DNA from: a virus
Strand: one strand, 5' to 3'
DNA: 64,000 nucleotides
IMG/VR virus record: IMGVR_UViG_3300017917_001123
Span: 267,571 to 331,570 of that record
In this document: positions 28,043 through 37,611 of the stretch, one piece after another
Layout of the letters: every line of letters begins with the position of its first letter
Position numbering within the stretch: position 1 is the first letter of the stretch
Notes under the pieces: model-generated
What the model was told of the DNA's origin: nothing
Databases searched by the model: none
Seen by the model: only the letters and a program-made list of their open reading frames with translations
Translations under genes and position numbers: made by a program

Positions 28043-29611
28043 ATGAAGTATAGATATTACGTAGTTGTAAATGATCCGCAGTTTAAGGCTGCGGTTCATA
28101 CAGAATTAGTCAGTGACAGAGGAACAGAATTTGTCCCTTCAAGAAGAGTATCGGCAGACAATCCAATGCGCCATAGCGAGTATAATGGTTGTTATATGTT
28201 AACTCCTGAAGAAGCTCAACAACTACAAAACGACTCTAGAGTAAATGCTGTAGAGCGTGTTCCTGAAGATATTGGGATCAGTTTAAAACCACTGTCTGTT
28301 ATGACAGCACAATATAATAAGACAACCGCTATAGCAAACACTCACAGAAATTGGGGGTTAGTTAGATCTTCTAGCAGAGCAGAGCCTTACGGTGCGGCAA
28401 CTAATTTAACTACTTTCAATTACAACCTAGATGGAACAGGAGTAGACATTGTTATTATGGATAGTGGTGTTTTAAAATACCATCCAGAAATGGCAAAACG
28501 TTCAGATGGTACTGGCGGAACACGATATGTAGACATTAACTGGAGTCAGTTTGGTATCATAGCAAATAACGGTTCAGGTAGCTGGCAAGGGGATATTGAC
28601 GGTCACGGAAGTCACTGTGCCGGCATTGCCGCAGGTATCACCTGCGGATGGGCCAAAGGCGCACAAGTCTATGGATTTAATATTTTAGATCCTAACAATG
28701 CTACAACCTACGTTAGTCCGTTGCTGGCCTTCCAAACAGTACGTGCTTGGCATAATGCCAAACCTATTGATCCTAATACAGGTTATAAACGCCCGACTGT
28801 TGTTTCAATGAGTTTTGGTTACGAACTGACCTACACTGACATGGTTACAACAACATGGCGCGGCACAACATACAATACAACTGGCCCGGCAAGCGCATAC
28901 GGTCAAGTTAGTGCCGATGGTAGTGCTCCTCTAGCAGATAGCGACTTGTCAACACACGGATATCGATCACCTTCCTTAGAAGCAGAAATACAAAGCTGTA
29001 TTGATGCTGGCATTATTATGATTGGTGCGGCAGGTAATCAAGCAATAAAAGTAGATGTTCCAGGAGGAATCGACTACGATAACTACTATACCGACTCGTT
29101 TGGCGATCGTTGGTATTATCATAGAGGTACAACTCCTAGCGCAACATCAAATGTCGTTTGCGTAGGATCAATTAGCTATTCAACTCCAGAACATAAAGTA
29201 AGTTATTCAAATACTGGGCCTAGAGTTGATGTGTTTGCTCCGGGACTTGCTATTGCTAGTGCCTACATTAATCAAACAGAGGGAGGCAATCCTGCGGTCA
29301 TAGATCCACGCAGTACAGCAAGCACCTCATCTGTTACAACATCGTTCTACTTACAAAAGATTGGCGGCACGAGTATGGCATGTCCACAGGTTGCTGGAGT
29401 TGTTGCTTGCTTGTTACAAAGTCGTCCTTGGTACACACAGTGGCAAGTATCGCAATGGGTTAAAGAAAATGCCACAACGGGGTTATTAGACGAAACTTTT
29501 TACGGCGGAGCAGGCTATACACAATACGGCGGACTACAGGGGGCAGGGAATAGAATTTTATTCCAGCCATTTAATGATCCGAATCCTTGGTCAATAACAA
29601 GCAACTCTTAA
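28043..29611 (+). CDS. subtilisin-like serine protease (peptidase S8)
   Basis: Catalytic triad motifs in order: Asp 'VDIVIMDSGV', His 'HGSHCAGIAAG', Ser 'GGTSMACPQVAGVVA'. Confidence 0.8.
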   Translation: MKYRYYVVVNDPQFKAAVHTELVSDRGTEFVPSRRVSADNPMRHSEYNGCYMLTPEEAQQLQNDSRVNAVERVPEDIGISLKPLSVMTAQYNKTTAIANTHRNWGLVRSSSRAEPYGAATNLTTFNYNLDGTGVDIVIMDSGVLKYHPEMAKRSDGTGGTRYVDINWSQFGIIANNGSGSWQGDIDGHGSHCAGIAAGITCGWAKGAQVYGFNILDPNNATTYVSPLLAFQTVRAWHNAKPIDPNTGYKRPTVVSMSFGYELTYTDMVTTTWRGTTYNTTGPASAYGQVSADGSAPLADSDLSTHGYRSPSLEAEIQSCIDAGIIMIGAAGNQAIKVDVPGGIDYDNYYTDSFGDRWYYHRGTTPSATSNVVCVGSISYSTPEHKVSYSNTGPRVDVFAPGLAIASAYINQTEGGNPAVIDPRSTASTSSVTTSFYLQKIGGTSMACPQVAGVVACLLQSRPWYTQWQVSQWVKENATTGLLDETFYGGAGYTQYGGLQGAGNRILFQPFNDPNPWSITSNS

Positions 29612-29623
29612 TTTGGAAAAAAT

Positions 29624-32374
29624 ATGTCAGCAATTAAATTTAGTCAATTAAAACTTTTAACAAACCCAACAGGTGAAATATTTTTTCCTGTAGTTTATAA
29701 TGGAACAAACTGGAAACTAACTTTAGATTCGATAAAAGGATCGTTCGCTCCATCATGGACTGATCTTCAGAACAAACCTGTGTTCCATGAAACAGCAATC
29801 AGTGGAGATTATACAAGACTAAACAACTTACCTGCTATTCCTTCTAATACAAGCCAACTAACTAACGGCGCAGGATTTATCACCACAGCTAGTCTAACAT
29901 GGAACAATATCACTGGGAAGCCTAATTTATTCAGCGGCGTGTATAATGACCTAAGTGGCAAACCTAATTTATTCAGCGGTAGCTATAACGATTTAACGGA
30001 CAAGCCTCAGTTGTTTGACGGCAATTACAATTCATTATCGAACAGACCTGAGATACCATCAAACACTAATCAACTAGCCAACGGTGCTGGATTTATTACA
30101 ACTGCTAGCATCACATGGGAATCTCTACAAAGTAGTGTTCCTCTAGCAATGGTTGCCAAAACCGGTAGTTATACTGACTTAGGAAATAAACCAGATCAAG
30201 CATTAAACACTAATAGCAATGTTACTTTCTCTAGTATAACATTCCCAGATGCTAGTGTACAATCGACGGCGTTTATTCCGTTAACTTTTATTACTCCCGA
30301 TGACATCTCATTATCGGGCATTACAACAATCGCACTTACTGGTACTGGAGTAACTGCTTCTGCAGTAGGCAATGCTATTACACTAGATATATCAGGTGGC
30401 GGCAGTGGAAATGTAGGAGACTTTACATTTGTAGGTGGAACAGCAAGTCTTCCTCTAGGAAGCACAATGACTCTTCAAACCTACCAAAACGGTGGAAACA
30501 GAGAGTCTGTGTTAACATTGGCTCCTATTGGAGATTCTGCTCTTGATGTCGGTGGAGGATTAAGAGTAAGAACTGCCTACGGTACAGGTTTTGAAAAGTC
30601 TTGGACATTTAATACAGATGGTAGTATAACATTTCCAGATGCTACATTACAATCAACCGCGTTTGTCGGTACCGGCAATATCCAATTTAGAAATGATACA
30701 TTAAACAATCTTAATGGTGTTATCATTACTAATGCTGATCAAACCACTACTGCTACTGCTCAGATAAGTGTTCCTGCCAATGGCTCTGGAAGTATACTAA
30801 TCACTAATAATAACACCAGTTGGGGATTTGAAAGTAACGGCAATCTATCACTCCCAGGAGATTTAACATTACCTACCGGATGGAGGATTTCATCTAATCA
30901 AATCAACACAGGACTCGGAACCACAGTAACTTCTATTTCATTGATTACAGAGAGTCTATCTGTGGACCGTCGTTTAGAAATATATTCTGAAAGTAATCGA
31001 CTACATTTAGATTCACACAACCCAACTACTGAATTATACATAGGTGATAATTCACAGTTTATCGCTTTGCAACAAAGTGGCGAGATATTTGTCAGTGCTA
31101 CTGGTGGCTTAAGCCTTCATGGTGGCGGGGCAAACAGTCTCGCAAGAGTTGTTATACCCGACCAAGAAGATGCACCGTTTACACCTCTTTATGTAATAAA
31201 CACAGGAACTCCTGGAGTTATAATACAAGCTGGCGCAACTCCGCGGAATTGGCAGTTCCGTGGTAGCGACGGTGGGTTAGTATTCCCAGACAATACCGTT
31301 CAGACTACTGCTTGGTTAGGTACCGCGGACGTAGTTAGAAATGTCACCAGCCTTGGTGGCACGGTCAGTATTCAAACAGCCAGTCAGCAGGGTGATCCTG
31401 ATAAAACTTGGTTGTTTAAGCACGATGGCGCCGGTGCATTAGTTCTAACAGATGGTAGTACCATTAGAGCAAAACACGGATTTAACATTTTAGCCACTGC
31501 GCCAGAATTTGTTAACTTCACGAGCATAAGAAACTTTGATTCTCTGTCATTCCTTGATCTCACTAACATCGTAATAATAAATCCAACAGCTAGTATTTTA
31601 GCCGCCATTGATCCCTCAACTTCCACCTGCGTAGCAGTAACCGGCACTACAGTCAGACTTATGCTTGATAACGGTGTTGTACAAAACTACCAGTTGACAT
31701 CAACATTTGTTGGCGAAGAAAATAATCCGTTTTATGGGTTACCAGTATGGACAGCTACTATTCCTAACAGCGGTATTGCATCAACTTCAATCAAAGAAGT
31801 TAGTTTTGGATACTCTGCCAACTGGAGGTTTGATACAGCCGGCCGCATAACTTTCCCCGATGGTACAACATCAACTGGTGCTACTATATTTGCTAATTCT
31901 TCTAGTTATAAGATTCAAACAATATCGTTTGCCGGCAGTCCTAGCAATTTAGTTTCTACATATGAATTTGGTGTAGCTAGTATAACTATCCCCGGAAATG
32001 GAATAATTTACAATGAAGGCCAATCAGGATATTGGGCACTTGATGGTGTTAACGGAGAGTTTTCATTCCCTAACAATTCAAGAATTAGTTACGGTTTAAA
32101 TAATGCTGGACTAACTGAAGACGACTTAAAAATTCAAGCCATTAACACAGGTAATGTAGTTGTATCCGCCAACGGAGCTGACTGGATATTCGGAACCGAC
32201 GGCAGTCTAACACTCCCAGACTCTACTGTACAAACTACCGCATGGACTACAACATCTAACTATACTCCCGCAACACCCAGTGACTGGTCAGGAACACCTC
32301 CTACTACCATAGCAGAAGCATTAGATAGGTTAGCCGCAAGGATTAAATTAATTGACGGCGGCATCGGAGCATAA
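29624..32374 (+). CDS. tail fibre protein with tandem 14-aa repeats
   Basis: 916 aa. 'KPNLFSGxYNDLS' tandem repeats and duplicated 'SNTxQLxNGAGFITTAS(L/I)TW' blocks. Confidence 0.6.
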   Translation: MSAIKFSQLKLLTNPTGEIFFPVVYNGTNWKLTLDSIKGSFAPSWTDLQNKPVFHETAISGDYTRLNNLPAIPSNTSQLTNGAGFITTASLTWNNITGKPNLFSGVYNDLSGKPNLFSGSYNDLTDKPQLFDGNYNSLSNRPEIPSNTNQLANGAGFITTASITWESLQSSVPLAMVAKTGSYTDLGNKPDQALNTNSNVTFSSITFPDASVQSTAFIPLTFITPDDISLSGITTIALTGTGVTASAVGNAITLDISGGGSGNVGDFTFVGGTASLPLGSTMTLQTYQNGGNRESVLTLAPIGDSALDVGGGLRVRTAYGTGFEKSWTFNTDGSITFPDATLQSTAFVGTGNIQFRNDTLNNLNGVIITNADQTTTATAQISVPANGSGSILITNNNTSWGFESNGNLSLPGDLTLPTGWRISSNQINTGLGTTVTSISLITESLSVDRRLEIYSESNRLHLDSHNPTTELYIGDNSQFIALQQSGEIFVSATGGLSLHGGGANSLARVVIPDQEDAPFTPLYVINTGTPGVIIQAGATPRNWQFRGSDGGLVFPDNTVQTTAWLGTADVVRNVTSLGGTVSIQTASQQGDPDKTWLFKHDGAGALVLTDGSTIRAKHGFNILATAPEFVNFTSIRNFDSLSFLDLTNIVIINPTASILAAIDPSTSTCVAVTGTTVRLMLDNGVVQNYQLTSTFVGEENNPFYGLPVWTATIPNSGIASTSIKEVSFGYSANWRFDTAGRITFPDGTTSTGATIFANSSSYKIQTISFAGSPSNLVSTYEFGVASITIPGNGIIYNEGQSGYWALDGVNGEFSFPNNSRISYGLNNAGLTEDDLKIQAINTGNVVVSANGADWIFGTDGSLTLPDSTVQTTAWTTTSNYTPATPSDWSGTPPTTIAEALDRLAARIKLIDGGIGA
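29918..30043 (+). repeat. 3 x 42-nt tandem repeat inside fibre gene
   Basis: Units 29918-29959, 29960-30001 and 30002-30043 (the third is degenerate). Each encodes 'KPNLFSG(V/S)YNDL(S/T)(G/D)'. Confidence 0.7.
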
Positions 32375-32388
32375 GGTTAAATATAACT

Positions 32389-32733
32389 ATGAGAGCAACT
32401 GACCTAATCCGAAGCGTACTTTGCGTGATCGACCAAATTGAACAAAAAGAACAACAAGCAGAAATTCCAGCGTCGGCTACTATTTCTGTAAGTGTTCCAC
32501 CAGAAGAAGTTCACCAAGCTGATGTAGTAGAGCCAGGGTTTAAGCAGATCTTTGATTTGCTTTCCGGACGTAGACACGGTCAGTATGCCAATAGCCCAAC
32601 CGAAACAGTAGCAGGTATTGATTCAGTAACCAAAGACGCCGGAGCAGAAGGTTGGAACGGAACAAAGCATCCAGCAGATTTACGTGTAAAGGATCCTTCA
32701 ATGTATCCTAACTCACAATTAGGGAGTCAATAA
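32389..32733 (+). CDS. hypothetical protein
   Basis: 114-aa ORF in the fibre module. Confidence 0.4.
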   Translation: MRATDLIRSVLCVIDQIEQKEQQAEIPASATISVSVPPEEVHQADVVEPGFKQIFDLLSGRRHGQYANSPTETVAGIDSVTKDAGAEGWNGTKHPADLRVKDPSMYPNSQLGSQ

Positions 32734-32960
32734 TGTCTTTAAACGGAATAAGCACACTACCTACAAAACGCGAGCGCCAAGATGCTAAACTAGCACAGGC
32801 GGCATTAGATCGTGCGGCAGATGGCAATCCTCGTTCTACTCTTAACGCAACTCAATTACCTACAAGATATAAAGTAGGCGACAACGATACAGCAGATGTT
32901 GTTGATAATCCTAACGTTGGAGGCCTAGTACAAGGCAGACCCTGGACAACCGGAGATTAA
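32733..32960 (+). CDS. hypothetical protein
   Basis: 75-aa ORF, ATGA overlap with the upstream gene. Confidence 0.35.
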   Translation: MSLNGISTLPTKRERQDAKLAQAALDRAADGNPRSTLNATQLPTRYKVGDNDTADVVDNPNVGGLVQGRPWTTGD

Positions 32961-32963
32961 TCA

Positions 32964-34586
32964 ATGACGGTTGACCGCTATCAAAATAGTACCAGCTACG
33001 AACACCCACAGGAGAGCAATCTTCTAAACGTTCATAAGGCTATGGAGTACGACCTTGGCGGTAAGCCAATGCTTCGTGTTGCAGCTAAATTGTCGGGCCC
33101 GAGTATTGCTGGACAAGTATCAGCGTTCGGTGAGCCATTAGCAATCTCACCAACTGCAGTTATACAGTTAGATGGTATTTACGGTACTACCAATGATGTT
33201 ATACAAACATACACTAACGGCACCGGTTCAAGCGCAGGATCAGTAGATGGTATGTTCAGAGTACATTCAGGAACTAGCCAAGGTGGATATGGTGTGCTTC
33301 GTAGCAAACGCTTTGTTCGCTATCGTCCAGGACAGGGTATTCAATGTCGTATGACTGCTGGGTTTACCACAGGTGTAGCAGGTAGCAGTCAGTTTGCTGG
33401 ACTTGCTAACCAAGAGAACCGTGTAGGCTTTGGCTACGATGGCACACGCTTTGGTGTTGTTCGCTCAACAGGCGGCAAGGCTGTAATATTAACTATGGTT
33501 ATTAACACAGCACCCGACGCACCGCAGACTGCTACTATTACTCTAAACGGTGTTGCCTATACTGTAGCACTGACAGCAGGTACGGCCGCACACGCAGTCA
33601 CTGAAATGGTTAATCGTGTAGGTGGGTATGGAACTTGGCTGACACAACAAACAGACGGTGCTATGCTATGGCTAGGGCCAGTAGGCGTTGCCAACGGAGC
33701 ATTTAATTTTACCAGCACAGGTAATGCCACAGCTACGTTTACGGTTGTACAGGCAGGTGTTAACCAAACCCACAACTGGACCTATCAAGAAGAATGGAAT
33801 GTGGACAAGTTAGACGGCAGTGGCGCTATTGACACTAATCCTAGTGGTATGCTGTTAGACACAACTAAACTTAATGTTTATCAAGTTAGTATGCGATGGC
33901 TAGGAGCAGGTGTAATCAGTTATGCTATAGAAGACGAACTATCTGGCACATTAGTCTATGTTCATAGAGAACATTATGTAAACCAACATACTACAACACA
34001 TACCGCTAATCCAAGTTTTAAAGTTCAGTACAATGCCGTTAATACAACCAATACTACAGACATACAGGTCTACGGCGGCAGTATGTATGCGGCAATTGAA
34101 GGTACTATTCACTTAAACGAACTTACACGTTCTGCTTCGACTAGCAAAACAGGATTGGTAAAAGATGTTATTCATCATATGATGACCATTAAGAACTCTG
34201 TGGTCACTAACGGGCTTGCTGGTGCTAACAACGGAAACTATGTGCTCAACACCAAAGAAGCTATCGTTAAAAGTCTAAGCGTATCCTGTCAAAGTACAGA
34301 CCCTGTAGAAGTTTATCTGTACTTTGAACCAGCTGGATTTTCTGGCGCACACGAATACTATGCCATTCCACGTTGTAATGAAGTTAAGAGTACAGTAACA
34401 GGTACATTTAACGGCACTTCAGATACACCTATATATACAGGCTTCTGCGGCATCAACGGGACTATCAACGTTGATCTAAGCCAGTACCGTATTACTATAC
34501 CTCCAGGCAGTTGGCTAAGTATTGCGGTAAAGAGTACTAACTCAATCAGCCCTTGTATCGCTGCCTTGACTTGGAGTGAAGATTAA
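32964..34586 (+). CDS. putative distal tail fibre / receptor-binding protein
   Basis: 540 aa, beta-rich with fibre-like composition. Last large gene of the fibre module. Confidence 0.45.
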   Translation: MTVDRYQNSTSYEHPQESNLLNVHKAMEYDLGGKPMLRVAAKLSGPSIAGQVSAFGEPLAISPTAVIQLDGIYGTTNDVIQTYTNGTGSSAGSVDGMFRVHSGTSQGGYGVLRSKRFVRYRPGQGIQCRMTAGFTTGVAGSSQFAGLANQENRVGFGYDGTRFGVVRSTGGKAVILTMVINTAPDAPQTATITLNGVAYTVALTAGTAAHAVTEMVNRVGGYGTWLTQQTDGAMLWLGPVGVANGAFNFTSTGNATATFTVVQAGVNQTHNWTYQEEWNVDKLDGSGAIDTNPSGMLLDTTKLNVYQVSMRWLGAGVISYAIEDELSGTLVYVHREHYVNQHTTTHTANPSFKVQYNAVNTTNTTDIQVYGGSMYAAIEGTIHLNELTRSASTSKTGLVKDVIHHMMTIKNSVVTNGLAGANNGNYVLNTKEAIVKSLSVSCQSTDPVEVYLYFEPAGFSGAHEYYAIPRCNEVKSTVTGTFNGTSDTPIYTGFCGINGTINVDLSQYRITIPPGSWLSIAVKSTNSISPCIAALTWSED

Positions 34587-34923
34587 GATAAGTACTATTA
34601 TGAAAATACAGCAAATTTTTGAAGCACCTATTGCCGCTACAGACGATCCTAATAATCCTATGATTTATGGACATGAAAAAGCTAATCCAATGGACCTAAA
34701 GGGTCGCATTGTACAAGCTCGCGGACAATTAAAAGAATTAGCTCAGTTAGCAGAAACAAATGATCTAGCTAGCTGGCAACGTATTTGTCAATTAGCCAAG
34801 GGCGGAATGTTTATGGGCCTAGAGCAGAACTTAGAACAAATTCGTCATGGTATAGAAGAACTAAGTAAAAAGAGAGCCAAAGGCGGTGTTCAAAGCCGCG
34901 GCATAGATAAAAACATAGGATAA
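34576..34923 (+). CDS. hypothetical protein
   Basis: 115-aa ORF. Confidence 0.4.
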   Translation: MKIKISTIMKIQQIFEAPIAATDDPNNPMIYGHEKANPMDLKGRIVQARGQLKELAQLAETNDLASWQRICQLAKGGMFMGLEQNLEQIRHGIEELSKKRAKGGVQSRGIDKNIG

Positions 34924-34925
34924 AA

Positions 34926-35360
34926 ATGAAAAAATTATTAGCATTATTATTGTTAGTTCCAACACTAGCATTAGCACAAAAGACACCACAGGGTGTTACG
35001 TATGACGCACAAATTCTAAGGGTAAATGACGGCGATACTGTAGTAATCAGTGCGCCGTTTCTTCCTAAACCCCTTAAGCCAGAACTTGCTGTTCGAGTTT
35101 ACGGAGTTGACACACCTGAAAAAGGATTTAGAGCACAATGCCCAAGCGAAGACCAACGTGGACAAGCTGCCACTGCCTTTACCAAAAACGCAGTTGCTAC
35201 TACCCAAAAGCATCAGGTTACGCTCTATGGATGGGATAAGTTCGGCGGTCGTGTTTTGGGAGACGTCATTCTAAATGGTGTTAGCCTACGTGCTGAATTG
35301 ATTAAAAACGGCTTTGCTCGTGAATACTACGGTGAGGCAAAACAAAGCTGGTGTCAGTAA
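34926..35360 (+). CDS. secreted thermonuclease (staphylococcal nuclease / SNase family)
   Basis: Signal peptide 'MKKLLALLLLVPTLALA'. SNase motifs 'LRVNDGDTVV' and 'RVYGVDTPEKG'. Confidence 0.8.
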   Translation: MKKLLALLLLVPTLALAQKTPQGVTYDAQILRVNDGDTVVISAPFLPKPLKPELAVRVYGVDTPEKGFRAQCPSEDQRGQAATAFTKNAVATTQKHQVTLYGWDKFGGRVLGDVILNGVSLRAELIKNGFAREYYGEAKQSWCQ

Positions 35361-35679
35361 TGAATCCAGATAATCCTAACGATTACCCAGTTTACCCGGA
35401 GGATGATGGTTATGACCGTCCGAGAAACCCTTACAGCCCTGTATAAAAATATTATTATGGGCTTTGCCATGTATGGTATTAGTATGAGTCTAGCCTATGG
35501 TGGCTATGTAGGTCAAGATTACAACGACTTATGTGACCCTAGATATTGCTGTCCTCCAAAAGACATTAACTGATTATAAGAACATACCCTAGGACCGTTT
35601 GGGGTTATGTGGCCGGCTGCTGGCCTGGGACTGAAAGATTCGCTACCTAGTAGGTTCCTAAAGTGAGCACATATTCAAG

Positions 35680-35705
35680 AGAACGCCCCAATTAAGGGGC
35701 GTTCT
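35680..35705. terminator. 10-bp perfect hairpin between convergent gene blocks (bidirectional terminator candidate)
   Basis: agaacgcccc / ggggcgttct arms with an aattaa loop. Lies between the end of the rightward block (35360) and the end of the leftward block (35777). No U-tract. Confidence 0.4.
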
Positions 35706-35776
35706 GCTTTACGGATTAAAGTATAGTAAACTAATACGGGCTATGCCCCGATAATATATTATTTTTGTAAAGCAAA

Positions 35777-36046
35777 TTACTTCTTAGCGCCAGTGTTAAC
35801 AAAGGCATACATCTTTTCAGCTGTCTCTAGAACTTTATCAAGTCCTGGAAACTCTGGCATTTCTACCTTGCTAACGATTTGACCAGTCTTCTCATCACGT
35901 TGAGCAGTCATTTCCCAACCGGCAAATTTAACTTGAAAGTCTTGCTGAACAAGTTCTTTAGCCATTGCTAAGATGTCTGTACGGATTTCGTAACCGTTTT
36001 TATTGAACTTTACTTCTGGTAGTTTTGGTGTATTGAATTCTGACAT
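35777..36046 (-). CDS. hypothetical protein
   Basis: 89-aa ORF preceded by the conserved ACATACACACAGGAGAA ribosome-binding motif. Confidence 0.45.
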   Translation of the reverse strand: MSEFNTPKLPEVKFNKNGYEIRTDILAMAKELVQQDFQVKFAGWEMTAQRDEKTGQIVSKVEMPEFPGLDKVLETAEKMYAFVNTGAKK

Positions 36047-36076
36047 AATTTTTCTCCTGTGTGTATGTCTTACTGC

Positions 36077-36280
36077 TTATTTGGCCACTGCGTTTTTAAA
36101 AAACTTAATGACCGCATCATTAAGTGCGGAATTGCCCTTAACAATACTCTTGGCAAACTCACGTTGTGCTTCTACGTAAGCTAGCATCCCGTTTTTCAGC
36201 GGCTCGTTGGTTACAAATGTATTAACAAACTGTGCCTTGGCATTCTGAATGCCGTCAATGAAAAAATCTGGTGTAAACAT
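36077..36280 (-). CDS. hypothetical protein
   Basis: 67-aa ORF preceded by the same conserved motif. Confidence 0.4.
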   Translation of the reverse strand: MFTPDFFIDGIQNAKAQFVNTFVTNEPLKNGMLAYVEAQREFAKSIVKGNSALNDAVIKFFKNAVAK

Positions 36281-36344
36281 TTTTATTCTCCTGTGTGTAT
36301 GTTTAACAATGCGTTGAACATTGTACTATTATATATCTTTTTAT

Positions 36345-36917
36345 TTAAAATGTCAAAGGAAACCTGAGCATTTGAGCAAATTTTCTCTGAGCCTTACCTA
36401 AGTGATCAATCTTAGCAAGGCTATCGCTAACCGCTTCTCTCCATACACTAACCGGAGTTGGGGCAGGAATTGCTATCTCAGCACTAGCATCGCCGTGCTC
36501 TGACTTAACTAAAATACCGTGCTTACGTGCCAGGCTTTTAATCTTATCGTTGCTACCCAAGCAGACCATACAACCTGTTTTGATACTGTGGTTTTGACAA
36601 TACTCAATGGTACGAGCCATTAGGGCATCGCCCATACCTTGTCCTTGGCATTCTTTTAAAACACTAAAAGCTAGCTCAGCAGGATCATCTTCTAAACTGA
36701 TGTGACCGATACCTACAATTTCAAGGTCATCATTTTCGATCGCAAAGATAATGTGCTTGTCCGAGTTATCGCGCCACTTGTTACAAAGATCGATAATCTG
36801 TTCATTTCGAATGTGGTATCCAAAACGCATATATCGACTTTCTTCATCCAGACTAAGCAGATGTAGTTTGTATCTGTGATACTCGGGCTTTTCTAACTTG
36901 TAGATGGTATGTACCAT
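36345..36917 (-). CDS. GNAT family N-acetyltransferase
   Basis: Motif A 'CQGQGMGDALMARTIEY' (Q/RxxGxG/A). Confidence 0.7.
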   Translation of the reverse strand: MVHTIYKLEKPEYHRYKLHLLSLDEESRYMRFGYHIRNEQIIDLCNKWRDNSDKHIIFAIENDDLEIVGIGHISLEDDPAELAFSVLKECQGQGMGDALMARTIEYCQNHSIKTGCMVCLGSNDKIKSLARKHGILVKSEHGDASAEIAIPAPTPVSVWREAVSDSLAKIDHLGKAQRKFAQMLRFPLTF

Positions 36918-37043
36918 TTACTTTCCTTCCATTACCGCTCTAGCTTCGTCGTATTTGCGGGCTCTAGCTAATTCTGCCGCATACTTAGCACGGCCAATTG
37001 AGCAAAGAAAATCCCAAATAAATTTAATTGTTGTTTTGAACAT
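36918..37043 (-). CDS. small ORF (41 aa), translationally coupled to the GNAT gene
   Basis: MFKTTIKFIWDFLCSIGRAKYAAELARARKYDEARAVMEGK. Its stop overlaps the GNAT start (TAAATG). Preceded by a third copy of the conserved CACACA-GGAGA motif. Missing from the ORF track because it is under 60 aa. Confidence 0.3.
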   Translation of the reverse strand: MFKTTIKFIWDFLCSIGRAKYAAELARARKYDEARAVMEGK

Positions 37044-37131
37044 TGTGTGTTCTCCTTGTGTGTATGTAGCTACTCATGGTTTCTACTGAGTATTTAGCAC
37101 ATTATATGTTGCGGCCGCATAAAACACAAGT

Positions 37132-37160
37132 TTGCGTTTTGCCAAACAAGATGTTATTAT
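37132..37160 (+). promoter_or_regulatory. sigma70-type promoter TTGCGT-17-TATTAT
   Basis: -35 at 37132-37137, -10 at 37155-37160. A back-to-back leftward TTGTGT-17-TATAAT candidate lies just upstream. Confidence 0.4.
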
Positions 37161-37162
37161 AG

Positions 37163-37513
37163 TTGAAGTTAGCCGCTAAATACCAAGTAGAAAAAGGAAA
37201 TGACGTGAAACGCCATACTCGAAGCTTACTAGAAGAACTTAACGATATTGCTGTCCGTAAGGACGCAGAAAGCGTTATCGAAAGTAGAGCACAGCACATT
37301 ATTGACTCAGCAATTAACCTTCTCCACCTTATACGTGAGAATTTTGATCCAGAACAAGCATACGAACTAGAGCGCCGTTTCCTTAATTCAATCAAGGGTG
37401 CTGACCCTGCTAAATTTACACGCGGTATTCGCAAGTTCCGCGATGCTAAACACTCCGATAGTCCGCTACATTCTATCGAAGAAACTGCTAAATCTGACGA
37501 AGATAGCGTCTAA
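37163..37513 (+). CDS. hypothetical protein
   Basis: The ORF starts with TTG at 37163. An in-frame GTG at 37205 with an AAGGAA Shine-Dalgarno is an alternative start. Preferred over the antisense ORF 37102..37434. Confidence 0.4.
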   Translation: MKLAAKYQVEKGNDVKRHTRSLLEELNDIAVRKDAESVIESRAQHIIDSAINLLHLIRENFDPEQAYELERRFLNSIKGADPAKFTRGIRKFRDAKHSDSPLHSIEETAKSDEDSV

Positions 37514-37611
37514 AATTCCCCCATTTGACACGGTTTTTCCTTAACTGGATAAATATTGTTACCAATGCTTCAGAGTAGAAGCGTTAGACATATCGAGTTA
37601 AGGAGAAAATT

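Noticed and set aside
22388-32374. Many 60-120-aa ORFs on the opposite strand or in alternative frames inside the tail-fibre genes (e.g. 23155-23514, 24648-24878, 26724-27167, 30196-30465, 31384-31647)
   Set aside because: They are a by-product of the extreme Gly/Thr/Ala codon repetition of fibre genes. Their products are Pro/Val/Thr-rich mirror translations.
35458-35574. 38-aa Cys-containing small ORF (MGFAMYGISMSLAYGGYVGQDYNDLCDPRYCCPPKDIN) after the thermonuclease gene
   Set aside because: No convincing ribosome-binding site or promoter. Could be a chance ORF in the convergent-terminator region. Left uncalled.
37102-37434. 110-aa minus-strand ORF overlapping 37163-37513
   Set aside because: It is Ser/Cys/Leu-rich with low-complexity composition and no RBS. 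The plus-strand ORF has a promoter and charged, helical, protein-like composition.
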